Positions 20,836 through 31,431 of a stretch of 64,000 bases of DNA are shown piece after piece. The stretch's first letter is position 1, and every line of letters begins with the position of its first letter. Made by a program: the position numbers and the translations under genes. The DNA comes from an uncultured delta proteobacterium. Its GTDB lineage: Bacteria > Myxococcota > UBA727 > VGSZ01. The DNA is taken from positions 224,001 to 288,000 of the forward strand of contig CAVZJB010000003.1 of NCBI GenBank assembly GCA_963775425.1, in the 5' to 3' direction. Below the pieces are notes generated by a model. It was not told where the DNA came from. It saw only the letters and a list, made by a program, of their open reading frames with translations, and ran no database searches.

Positions 20836-21791
20836 GGGCGCTCGTCGTCGTCAGGGCCGGCCTGGCGTTCGCCGCCGTCGCGCTCGCGGGCTGCACGTTC
20901 GACCCCGGCCCGCTCGACTTCAACCTCTTCCCCGACCTCCCGCAGGAGGACTTCGTCAAGGACAATCCGCCGTCCGTCGACGTCACCCTCCTCGCCGACG
21001 AGAGCGCCATCGGGCCCGACGGCGAGGTGCAGATCGACACGTGGGACGATCTGTCGAGCAGCGTCAGGCTCGACGTCACCTTCGCCAACACCGTGTCGAT
21101 GGACGTGCCGCTCGGGACCGTCACGCTCACCGGCGCGGAGCTCGGCGAGGGCTACGGCGACATCCGCGCCGTCGCCCACGACGACGACGGCGGCCACACC
21201 GACGTCGTCACCGGGCGCGTCCTCGTCGACCTCACGCCGCCCGAGATCGATCTTTCGCCCTGCATCGTCGGCGGCGACGGCGCGTTGTCGGCGGCCGTGG
21301 GCGACGCGTGGGCCCTCGGCTCCATCGACCTCACCGTCGGCGACGCCAACTTCCACGAGGACTTCCCGCAGTGGCCCGCCACGCTCGGCAGCGACTGGGA
21401 CTGGACGCTCTTCGAGGTCCCCGCGGCGCAGCTCCCGGCGGGGGCGACCACCGCGACCCTCATCGCCATCGACCACGTCGGCAACGAGACCGACGCCACC
21501 TGCGATCTGCTCGTCGACACGTCGGCGCCGGAGGTGACGCTCACCGCCAGCCTCGACGACGACGGCGTCATCCACGCCATCGTCTCCGCCTCCGACGACG
21601 ACACCGGGGCCGAGCCGTCGCTCGAGGTCGCGTCCCGCGGCGCGGTGCTCGCGGAGGGCAGCGGCCCGTCCACCGGCTTCACGCTCACGGCGGCCGACTT
21701 CCCGGCGGGCCCGCTGCCGCTCGAGGGCCGCGCGATCGACCGCGCGGGCAACGTGGGGGTGTCGGCGCCGGTGGTGCTCGAGATCCGCTGA
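20832..21791 (+). CDS. Lipoprotein with Ig-like (Big) repeats
   Basis: ATGA overlap. Lipobox LAGC; VDLTPP and VDTSAP linkers; AIDHVGN and AIDRAGN motifs. Confidence 0.75.
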   Translation: MRALVVVRAGLAFAAVALAGCTFDPGPLDFNLFPDLPQEDFVKDNPPSVDVTLLADESAIGPDGEVQIDTWDDLSSSVRLDVTFANTVSMDVPLGTVTLTGAELGEGYGDIRAVAHDDDGGHTDVVTGRVLVDLTPPEIDLSPCIVGGDGALSAAVGDAWALGSIDLTVGDANFHEDFPQWPATLGSDWDWTLFEVPAAQLPAGATTATLIAIDHVGNETDATCDLLVDTSAPEVTLTASLDDDGVIHAIVSASDDDTGAEPSLEVASRGAVLAEGSGPSTGFTLTAADFPAGPLPLEGRAIDRAGNVGVSAPVVLEIR

Positions 21792-21836
21792 GCGCGGGCG
21801 TGGCGGCCGGGCGCCCGGCGCGCTAGGTCCCGGGGC

Positions 21837-23987
21837 GTGATTCCCGAGGACGTGATCAACGAGATCAAGCGGCGGGCGGACCTCGCCGCCGTCGTCGGGC
21901 GCACCGTCAAGCTGAAGAAGAGCGGGCGCAACCTCGTCGGGTTGTGCCCGTTTCACCAGGAAAAGACCCCCTCGTTCAACGTCCGCCCCGACGAGGGCTT
22001 CTTCTACTGCTTCGGCTGCAAGGCCGCCGGCGACGTCGTCGAGTTCCTGGTGCGCACCACGGGCCGCGGCTTCCTCGACGTCATCAGCGAGCTCGCGGAG
22101 CAGACCGGCGTCGAGATCCCCAAGGCCGACGTCGACCCCGCCGAGGAGGAGCGGCAGCGCGAGCGCAAGCGTCTGCTGCGCGTCCTCGAGCTGACGCAGG
22201 TGTTCTTCCGCACCCGCCTGGCCGCCGACGAGGGCAAGGCCGCGCGCGCCTACCTCAACGACGTCCGCAAGATCGACGAGGCCACCGTCGACCAGTTCGG
22301 CCTCGGCTTCGCCGGCGTGCGCGACGACGGCCTCGCCTCGTTCCTCAAGGAGCAGGGCGTCTCCGTCGAGGACGGCGTCGCCGCCGGCGTCATCGGCAAC
22401 AGCGAGCGCGGCCCGTACGACTTCTTCCGCCACCGCATCACCATCCCCATCCGCAACGCGCGCGGGCAGGTGGTCTCCTTCCAGGGCCGCATCTTCGGCG
22501 AGCGCGACCAGATGCCCGACGGCCGGAAGCGGCCCAAGTACGTGAACGGCCACAACTCACCGGTCTACGACAAGTCCGCGGTGCTCTTCGGCCTGTTCGA
22601 GGCGCAGCAGGGGCTCCGCCAGAAGATGCCCGCGGTCCTCGTCGAGGGGCCGCTCGACGCCATCGCGGTCGCCCGCGCCGGCGTCCCCACCGCGGTCGCC
22701 CCCTGCGGCACCGGGCTCACGCCCCGGCACATCGACGAGGTGGCGGCCAAGACCGAGCGCGTGGTGGTGTGCACCGACGCCGACAAGGCCGGCCGGGACG
22801 CCGCCACCCGCGCCGTCTTGATGTTCCTGCAGCGCGGCCTCGACGTCGGGCTGGTCGCGCTCCCCGACAAGGACCCCGACGCCATGGCCAAGGAGGGCCG
22901 CCTCGACGAGCTCCGCGGCATCGTCCTCGGGGCGCCCTCCGCGCTCGACGCCCTCATCGCGCGCGCGAGAGAGAAGGCGACCGGCAACATGGGCGCGCGC
23001 GTGCAGGCCCTCGACGAGCTGCTGCCGTTCCTCGCGGCGCCGGCGCGGGAGCTGGTGCGGGCGGAAGCCGCGCGGGCGGTGGCGCGCGCGTTCAACGAGG
23101 ACCCCGCCGTCATCCGCCACGAGGTCGAGCAGCGCGGTCGCCGGCTGCTCTCGGACAGGCTGCGCGGCTCGTCGACGGGGGGCGCGCGGCGGCCGGCCCC
23201 CCGGTCGGCGTCGCCGGCGCGCGCGGGCGCAGAGGGCGGCTCGGGGGATCCCCGCGCGGGCGGCGCCGAGCCCCGGCCGGCGGCGCGCCGGGCGCCCCGG
23301 CCTTCGCGGCCGCTGTCGGAGCCGGAGATCATGCTCGTGGAGGCCTTGCTCACGCACCCGCACCTCGCGGCGCGGTGCGGCGTGCTGGTGCCCGCGCTGC
23401 GCAACGAGGAGCTCAAGGCGTTCATCGAGCGGCTCATCGAGCTCCTCGTGCGCTTCCACGACGAGGACGCGCGCGCCGTGCTGCTCGACGACAAGCGCGG
23501 CGTCCCCATCCGACCCAGCGGCCAGATCCGCGGCGTGGTCCTCAAGGTGCAGCAGGGCGGCGGCTTCGCGCGGCCCGACGACTACCTCGCGGAGGGCGCC
23601 GCCGCGCGCATCGTCGAGGACGCCATCCTGACGCTCGACAAGCGCGTCCTCGAGGTCCGCCTGGGCGAATTGCAGCGCCTGCTCGCCGAGGCGGACGAGC
23701 GCGACGACGACGGCGAGCGCAAGCGGCTCCTCGAGGAGCAGGCGGCGCTCGTGGAGGCGCTCAAGGCCCTCGTGGAGCCGCCGCGGAGAGCCCCGCTCGC
23801 GGCGGCGGTGGCCCGCGCGCTGCCGGCGCCGCGCGCCGCCAACGTCGACGAGGAGGGGCCGGCGGGGCAGGGCGAGGCCCCCAGCGGGCCGCCCGACGAG
23901 GCGGGCGAGGGGGCGCCCGACGAGGGCGTCATCGAGGGCGAGGTGCCCTACGCAGGAGATCCCGACGACGACCCCTGGGCGGTCTGA
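21837..23987 (+). CDS. dnaG: DNA primase
   Basis: Zn finger CPFHQEKTPSF...CFGC, PKYVN, TOPRIM VEGPLD...DADKAG, KDPD. Confidence 0.97.
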   Translation: MIPEDVINEIKRRADLAAVVGRTVKLKKSGRNLVGLCPFHQEKTPSFNVRPDEGFFYCFGCKAAGDVVEFLVRTTGRGFLDVISELAEQTGVEIPKADVDPAEEERQRERKRLLRVLELTQVFFRTRLAADEGKAARAYLNDVRKIDEATVDQFGLGFAGVRDDGLASFLKEQGVSVEDGVAAGVIGNSERGPYDFFRHRITIPIRNARGQVVSFQGRIFGERDQMPDGRKRPKYVNGHNSPVYDKSAVLFGLFEAQQGLRQKMPAVLVEGPLDAIAVARAGVPTAVAPCGTGLTPRHIDEVAAKTERVVVCTDADKAGRDAATRAVLMFLQRGLDVGLVALPDKDPDAMAKEGRLDELRGIVLGAPSALDALIARAREKATGNMGARVQALDELLPFLAAPARELVRAEAARAVARAFNEDPAVIRHEVEQRGRRLLSDRLRGSSTGGARRPAPRSASPARAGAEGGSGDPRAGGAEPRPAARRAPRPSRPLSEPEIMLVEALLTHPHLAARCGVLVPALRNEELKAFIERLIELLVRFHDEDARAVLLDDKRGVPIRPSGQIRGVVLKVQQGGGFARPDDYLAEGAAARIVEDAILTLDKRVLEVRLGELQRLLAEADERDDDGERKRLLEEQAALVEALKALVEPPRRAPLAAAVARALPAPRAANVDEEGPAGQGEAPSGPPDEAGEGAPDEGVIEGEVPYAGDPDDDPWAV

Positions 23988-24078
23988 GATGTTGTGATTT
24001 TGTCCGGGGTTGATACACCCTTCGGTCACCGCTCCCCTATTCGCGATCCCCGTCGAACACCTCCCCCACAGGTAGAGA

Positions 24079-26316
<2,238 letters not shown>

Positions 26317-26336
26317 TCCTGGGGCGCGCTGCGCGC

Positions 26337-26551
26337 GCCGGGGCCTCCGGCCCCCCCGCGCTTCGCGCGGGCCCCCCCGGGCTTGACCGTGCTTCCTTGC
26401 GGAGCCGCGCGCGGAGCTCGCGCTCGCGCGGCTTCGGGGCTCATTGCCGGATGACGCGGTCCCGAAGTCGCGGCGAACGCGGCCTCCGGAGCCGTCGCGT
26501 TCCGGCCTCACGCGCCCTCCACGACGGCTCCGACCGGCCGCCTTCGCCGCG
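26337..26551 (+). repeat. ~215-bp palindrome-rich repeat element, copy 1 (inverted copy at 37697-37907)
   Basis: Blocks such as GGCCTCCGGCCCCCCCGCGCTTCGCGCGGG, TTGCCGGATGACGCGG, GGCCTCCGGAGCCGTCGCG and CGACGGCTCCGACCGGCCGCC match 37697-37907 in reverse complement. Confidence 0.8.
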
Positions 26552-26628
26552 TCCCCCAATTTTCGGGTCGCCCCGCGCCTGCGCCGCACGCCCGTGGCGC
26601 GCGCCGCGTCGGCGCGGGCTCTCCCCGG

Positions 26629-26884
26629 CGTAGGGCGCGGGCTTGCCCCGACGTAGGGCGCGGGCTTGCCCCGACGGAGGGCGCGCGCTTGCCCCGACGT
26701 AGGGCGCGGGCTTGCCCCGACGTAGGGCGCGGGCTTGCCCCGACGGAGGGCGCGGGCTTGCCCCGACGGAGGGCGCGGGCTTGCCCCGACGCAGGGCGCG
26801 GGCTTGCCCCGACGCAGGGCGCGGGCTTGCCCCGACGCAGGGCGCGGGCTTGCCCCGACGTAGGGCGCGGGCTTGTCCCGCGCC
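26629..26884 (+). repeat. Tandem array of 11 x 23-bp GTAG-type REP-like units
   Basis: Unit CG(T/G/C)AGGGCGCGGGCTTGCCCCGA. The last unit is a complete hairpin GTAGGGCGCGGGCTTGTCCCGCGCC. Confidence 0.9.
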
Positions 26885-27013
26885 TCGGAGCCCCCGCGCG
26901 CGTCGGCGTCACCCGCCGTCGTACGGCGTGGGCTTGCCCCGCGCCGCCCTCGTGCCCTCGCGAGCTGCGGGCCGGTATCGTCGACAACGCTGGCGCGGCC
27001 TACAGTCCCGGCC

Positions 27014-27448
27014 ATGTTGACGAACCGCTCGGCCCCGCCCGTGACCGTCACCCCGGTCCTCGTCTATCCCGATGTCCGCGCGGCGGTGACGTTTCTCGCC
27101 ACGGCCTTCGGCTTCGAGGAGCGCGTGCGCATAGGCGACGCACACCGCGCGCAGTTGCGGGTGGGCGAGGACGGCGCCGTCGTCGTCGCCGACGTCGGCC
27201 GCGATCGCGTCGCCCCGAGCGCCGGCGTGGTCACGCACGTCCTCAAGGTCCGGGTTCCCGACGTCGACGCCGCCTTCGCTCGCGCCCGCGACGCCGGCGC
27301 GCGCGTCGTCGAGGATCTCACCACGCACGCGTACGGCGAACGCTCCGGCATGCTCGAAGACCCCGCCGGCCACCGCTGGGAGCTCACGCAATCCGTGCGC
27401 GACGTCGCGCCCGAGGAGTGGGGCGGCGTCGCCGTCGGTCGGTGGTGA
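27014..27448 (+). CDS. VOC/glyoxalase-bleomycin resistance family protein
   Basis: VTPVLVYPDVRAAVTFL..AFGF, VPDVDAAFARA..AGA, YGERSG..EDPAGHRW. Confidence 0.9.
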   Translation: MLTNRSAPPVTVTPVLVYPDVRAAVTFLATAFGFEERVRIGDAHRAQLRVGEDGAVVVADVGRDRVAPSAGVVTHVLKVRVPDVDAAFARARDAGARVVEDLTTHAYGERSGMLEDPAGHRWELTQSVRDVAPEEWGGVAVGRW

Positions 27449-27495
27449 ACGGCTCCGGGGTGGCCTCGCCGCGGATGCGGCGATACACCGCGTCC

Positions 27496-27568
27496 GGGCC
27501 CGTAGCTCAGCGGTAGAGCAGTCGGCTCATAACCGATCGTGTCGCAGGTTCGAATCCTGCCGGGCCCA
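27496..27568 (+). tRNA. tRNA with CAT anticodon, most likely tRNA-Ile2 (lysidine)
   Basis: Cloverleaf: acceptor GGGCCCG/CGGGCCC, D-arm GCTC/GAGC, anticodon arm GTCGG-CTCATAA-CCGAT, T-arm GCAGG-TTCGAAT-CCTGC, discriminator A, CCA not encoded. No initiator features. Ile2 genes are often found near rpoD. Confidence 0.9.
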
Positions 27569-27671
27569 CAGTTCAAGCGCTCCTCCGCCGCGCGGCCGCT
27601 CCGGATAGGCCCAAGCACCGTCGGCGCGGGTGCGGATCGTCGTGCAGGGCGGTTCGAATCCTGCCGGGCGC
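27547..27671 (+). repeat. First 104-bp tRNA-3'-end unit plus start of the next copy (left part of array)
   Basis: GGTTCGAATCCTGCCGGGC recurs at 27547 and 27651. The intervening sequence matches the units at 37166-37640. Confidence 0.92.
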
Positions 27672-29205
27672 GCCAATCGTTGCCCTTCGTCATTTCCGCG
27701 AGGATGGCGAAGGGCTTTTTCATGTCGTAACGCACGGTTACGCCCTCGAGGCGTGGGTTCGAAAGCACCATTTCGAGCAGTTGGCGCTTCTCCGAGGGAG
27801 TGCGCTGGTTCCACAACGATCTCGCCTGCTTGGCCAGTTCGAAAATGCGATCCGCGGTGACGAGGTACTTGTCGTCGAGCTCCTCGCTCGCGGCGCTGAG
27901 CCGGTCGAGCGCCGCGTGCTTCTCGCTGAGCAGAATCTCACGCTGGCGCTGGTACGTGACGTCGTCGAGCTTCCCGTCGACATACATCGCCACGATCTTG
28001 TCCTCGCGGGCTTGCACGTCGTCCACCGTCCGCTTGAGGACGGCGATCTCGCGGCGGCGCTCGGTGCGCACGACCTCGTGGGTCTCGCGGAGCACGCGCG
28101 AGATCTCGTCGGCGAGCGCGTGCGGCAGCTCGATGTTGGCGATCGCGACCTCGAATTGCGCGAGGAGCTGCGCCTCCGTCACGTGGACGCGCTTGGCGTG
28201 AACCCGGTGGCCGTTCGCGCACCGGTAGTAGTCGTACCGCTTGCCGCCGGTCTTGATCTTCGGGTCGTAGGTGATGCGGCAACCGCACTCGGCGCAGACC
28301 AGGAAGCCGGAGAGGGCGCCGGCCGCGCCGAGGGGCGAGCCGTACGCGCCGCGGGTGAAGGTCGCCTGGAGCCGCTCCCACTCGTTGGTGGTGAACACAG
28401 GTTCGTGCTTCCCGCGGTAGCGCTCGTCGCGCCACGTGAACCAGCCCGCGTAGAACTCGTGCTTGAGGATCGCCTCGACGTCGCCCGCGCGGAGTACGCG
28501 GTTCTTGCGGCCGAGCCCCGCCCAGAGCCCTTCGTTCACGATGGACTTGCCGACGCTCTCGAGCGATGCGCCGGCTACGCGCAGCTCGTACATGCGGCGG
28601 ATGAGGGCGCGCCCCGCGGGCAACAGCTCGATGGTGCCGCCACGGTCTCGCACGACCCCATTCGCGCCGACGAGCTTGGCGTTGCGGTAGCCGATGGGCG
28701 GGCGCGTCGGGTACCAGCCGTCCTTCGCCTTCGCGTCCTGCGACTCCTTGGCGCGGCGCGAGAGCTGCCGCGAATAGGTCTTCGCGACGAGCGTATTCAT
28801 CTCGGCCTTGAGCCAGTCGCCTTCGTCGCTGCCCGCGTGAAGCTGCCAGCGCTCATGCGCGACGTGCAACACGAGCTCGTCGCGGCGGATGAGATCTTCG
28901 AGCAGCTCGTAGTCGGTGAAGTTGCGGGTGGTGCGGTCCCAGACCCAAAAGACGAGGTGCCGCACCTTCTCCTTCTTCGCGCGCGCGAGCGCCGCGTGAA
29001 ACATGACGCGGGCCTCGGACGACTTCGCGCTCTCCTCGAGCACGATGACGTCCACGAGGTTGAGGCCGTGCGCCTTCGCGTGCGCGGTGATCCCCTCGCG
29101 CTGCACGCCGGGGCTGTTGTTGTCGCCCTGCTTCTTCGAGGACACCCGCACGACGCCGATCGCGCGGTCCGACTTTCCGAGCCACCGAGCAGCATTCACC
29201 TTCAT
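27664..29205 (-). CDS. Large serine recombinase (integrase); gene runs through attL with no stop of its own
   Basis: Catalytic VRVSSKKQ, DRTTRN, recombinase domain GWYPTRPPIGYRN and GKHEPVFT, Zn ribbon CAECG...YYRC, coiled coil. Element-derived part ends KKPF...DWRAR at the core; frame stays open to 27064. Confidence 0.93.
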
Positions 29206-29231
29206 GGTCCACCTCGCGGAGAAAGATCAGA

Positions 29232-29414
29232 TCATGACGGAGAGCGGACGTCACCGGTCGCGCTCACCGTGGCGTCCTCCTGCGCCCACCGATCGAGCAA
29301 CTCGAAGACGTTGGCGATCGTTTGGATGTCGGCGCGGGTGAACCGGACGGCGGCCTCCGGGTTCGCGGGCGAGAACATGCGCAGGTTCCCGCTCGACGTC
29401 TCTTCCAGCAGCAT
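29232..29414 (-). CDS. Small hypothetical protein directly upstream of the LSR
   Basis: GGAGG RBS before MLLEETSSG..., 60 aa, ends 26 bp before the LSR start. Confidence 0.5.
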   Translation of the reverse strand: MLLEETSSGNLRMFSPANPEAAVRFTRADIQTIANVFELLDRWAQEDATVSATGDVRSPS

Positions 29415-30030
29415 GAGCACCTCCAGCAGACACGTCGGCGATCGAGGCGAGCGCGCTCGCCGCATCCTTTCGTGTCGCCGTCGCCGTCGCCCTGCACTTC
29501 GCGGGCGGCGGTGACGGCATATCACCGTGTTGCTTGAGCCTGAGCCCCCTCCGCGCGCCGTGCGGCACCTCGTTCACGAGATCGATGGATCAGCCAGCGA
29601 CCTCCCGCCGCCCGTCGCGCAGCGACACGCGAAGCGTGCGGCGAGCGCTGACGAGATCGCCGTTGCGAACCTCGACAGCGCGGCCGGCCCGTCGCGCCTC
29701 AGCGCGACACGCGGAGCGTGCCGGCAGACGAAACCCCTTGTTGGGGGTGAGTCTGGAGGTCGCTGGCGCCACGTCAGTACGTGTCAAATGCTTTGGATTC
29801 GGCGGGGTAGCTCACCGGAAACTGTCACATGTACCTCCCCATTGTCCTGACACCAATTGACACGCATTGACGGGGCGCCGGCGGCCGGCGCGCCGGGCGG
29901 CGTCAAGATGGGAGCGCCTCGATGCCAAGATGCCACGTTTGGGACGCTGGCGTCCCGGCGTGGACAGTTGTTCGTTCGACGCACGCCTGTCGTCTTGCGC
30001 TGAGGCCACGCGCTCGACACGATCACTTCG

Positions 30031-31177
30031 ATGCAACCGGGCCTCCTCTTCGATAAGTCCGCCTTTCAGGCGCTCAACGAGGATGAGCATCGGTCGGTGC
30101 AAACGCTCTTCAAGGTCGGCCTCCCGCCAGTGCTAGCGAGCGAGGTCATCGCCGACCTTGCGAAGTACCCGCACGACAAGAACGGGGAGGCGAAGGTCGC
30201 GACCCTCGCGGCCAAGTTTGGAGGTTCCGGACCGCCGCTCGTAGTCGGCCACGTTACCGCCACGCTGCGCTCGCTACTGGGCGCTGAGCCACCGCGGCGC
30301 GGCGACCTTTGGTACGCAACCCCTCGTCGCGCGGTGAATGCTGACGGAGAGCCGGGCATCGTGGTCGACACCGCGCCGATCAATCACGCCATCTTTCGGT
30401 GGCGCGATGGCGAGTTCATCGACGCGGAACGGGACTACGCGCGCCGGTGGCGCGAAATGCTCGGTGAGCTGCAGTCGGGAACGTTTTCGCCGCGTGCTGA
30501 AGTCGCAACACGTCGTCTTCCCCAAAGCGAAGAACGCAGTGGACGCACTTCGCATCGCCGACGCTGAACTCGTCGATCCCGCTCTGCAGCCCGCATGGCT
30601 CGAGTGGCTCTTGGATTCGCTCGCGCCCACGCCCCAGGTTGCAGGCGCTGTGCGCCAGCGATGGGACGTTGCAGATTTACCCCTTGTCGCGTTCGCTCCG
30701 TTCGCCGCGTTCTGTGTCCGCACGATGCTGTTCTTCGAGATCCTCACGCGCGGAAAGCACATCGTCGATCGCGAGACGAACCTGATCGACCTTCGCTATC
30801 TCTACTACCTACCCATGTGCCGCGTATTCGTCTCAGACGACAAGATGCACCGCGCGATGGCGCCTCTGCTCGCCCCAGGCGATCGCTTCATCCCGTTGTC
30901 CGTGTTCCGCGCCGACTTGAAGGCCCTCGTCGAGGTTGGTGGCGGAGAGCACTTCCTCTTTCTCGGAGACGCGCTCGACGCACTCAAGAAGCACCACGCG
31001 ACGACGCCGACGTCGGTCATCGGGAAGATTGAGACATCGTGGGGTTGGGATCCGAACCGCGAACTCACGTCCTCAATGCCGCGGGAAGAGGTCCAAGCAA
31101 TCCTTGAGAGGAAGTTCCCGCAACTTTTCAGCAAGAACCGGCGAGACGAGGGAGACAGTGACGAGCAATCGAGGTGA
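30031..31177 (+). pseudogene. Putative PIN-like-domain protein, one frameshift near 30480 (decay or read error)
   Basis: N-terminal LLFDKSAFQAL...EVIADLAK in one frame; C-terminal NLIDLRYLYYLP..VFVSDDKMH in the next. Shift lies at a G run. Confidence 0.6.
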
Positions 31178-31431
31178 GGGAGCCTGGCGCCGAACGGCGA
31201 TGTCGCGTCACCGGTCACGAGTCACCTGGCGATGCTCATAGATTGCTTGCAAGACCGGCCGGCTAGCCGCCCTCAAGTACCGCAACGTTCGCGAGTCGGA
31301 GCGCCGCGGCTCCGGGCGTCGCGACCTTTTCGTGTGTCGCAACTTGCTCGCCTGGACTAGAAAGGCAGCGCAAGCCGATGCCTTCGATCTTCGCCCGGGC
31401 AACCGTCAAGCGCGTCACTCCCGGCGCGCTC

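Noticed and set aside
26629-26884. Possible CRISPR array (23-bp repeats)
   Set aside because: No spacers; a pure tandem repeat of a REP-like unit.
27496-27568. tRNA-fMet or elongator Met call
   Set aside because: No C1:A72 mismatch or triple G-C anticodon stem, so not initiator. Elongator Met is not fully excluded, but the acceptor sequence and position near rpoD favour Ile2.
27064-27663. C-terminal ~200 aa of the 713-aa recombinase ORF as a real domain
   Set aside because: It is antisense read-through of the repeat, tRNA and VOC gene beyond attL.
29780-29930. AT-richer stretch with TTGACA and a TTGACG...CGTCAA inverted pair, possible divergent promoter/operator of the island
   Set aside because: No convincing -10 element at the right spacing; cannot be supported from sequence alone.
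31285-31320. Possible sixth att-like site between cargo genes (minus strand PRRSDSRT)
   Set aside because: GTTCG with similar spacing is present, but the core is CCGCGGCT rather than CCGGGCGC; too degenerate to support.
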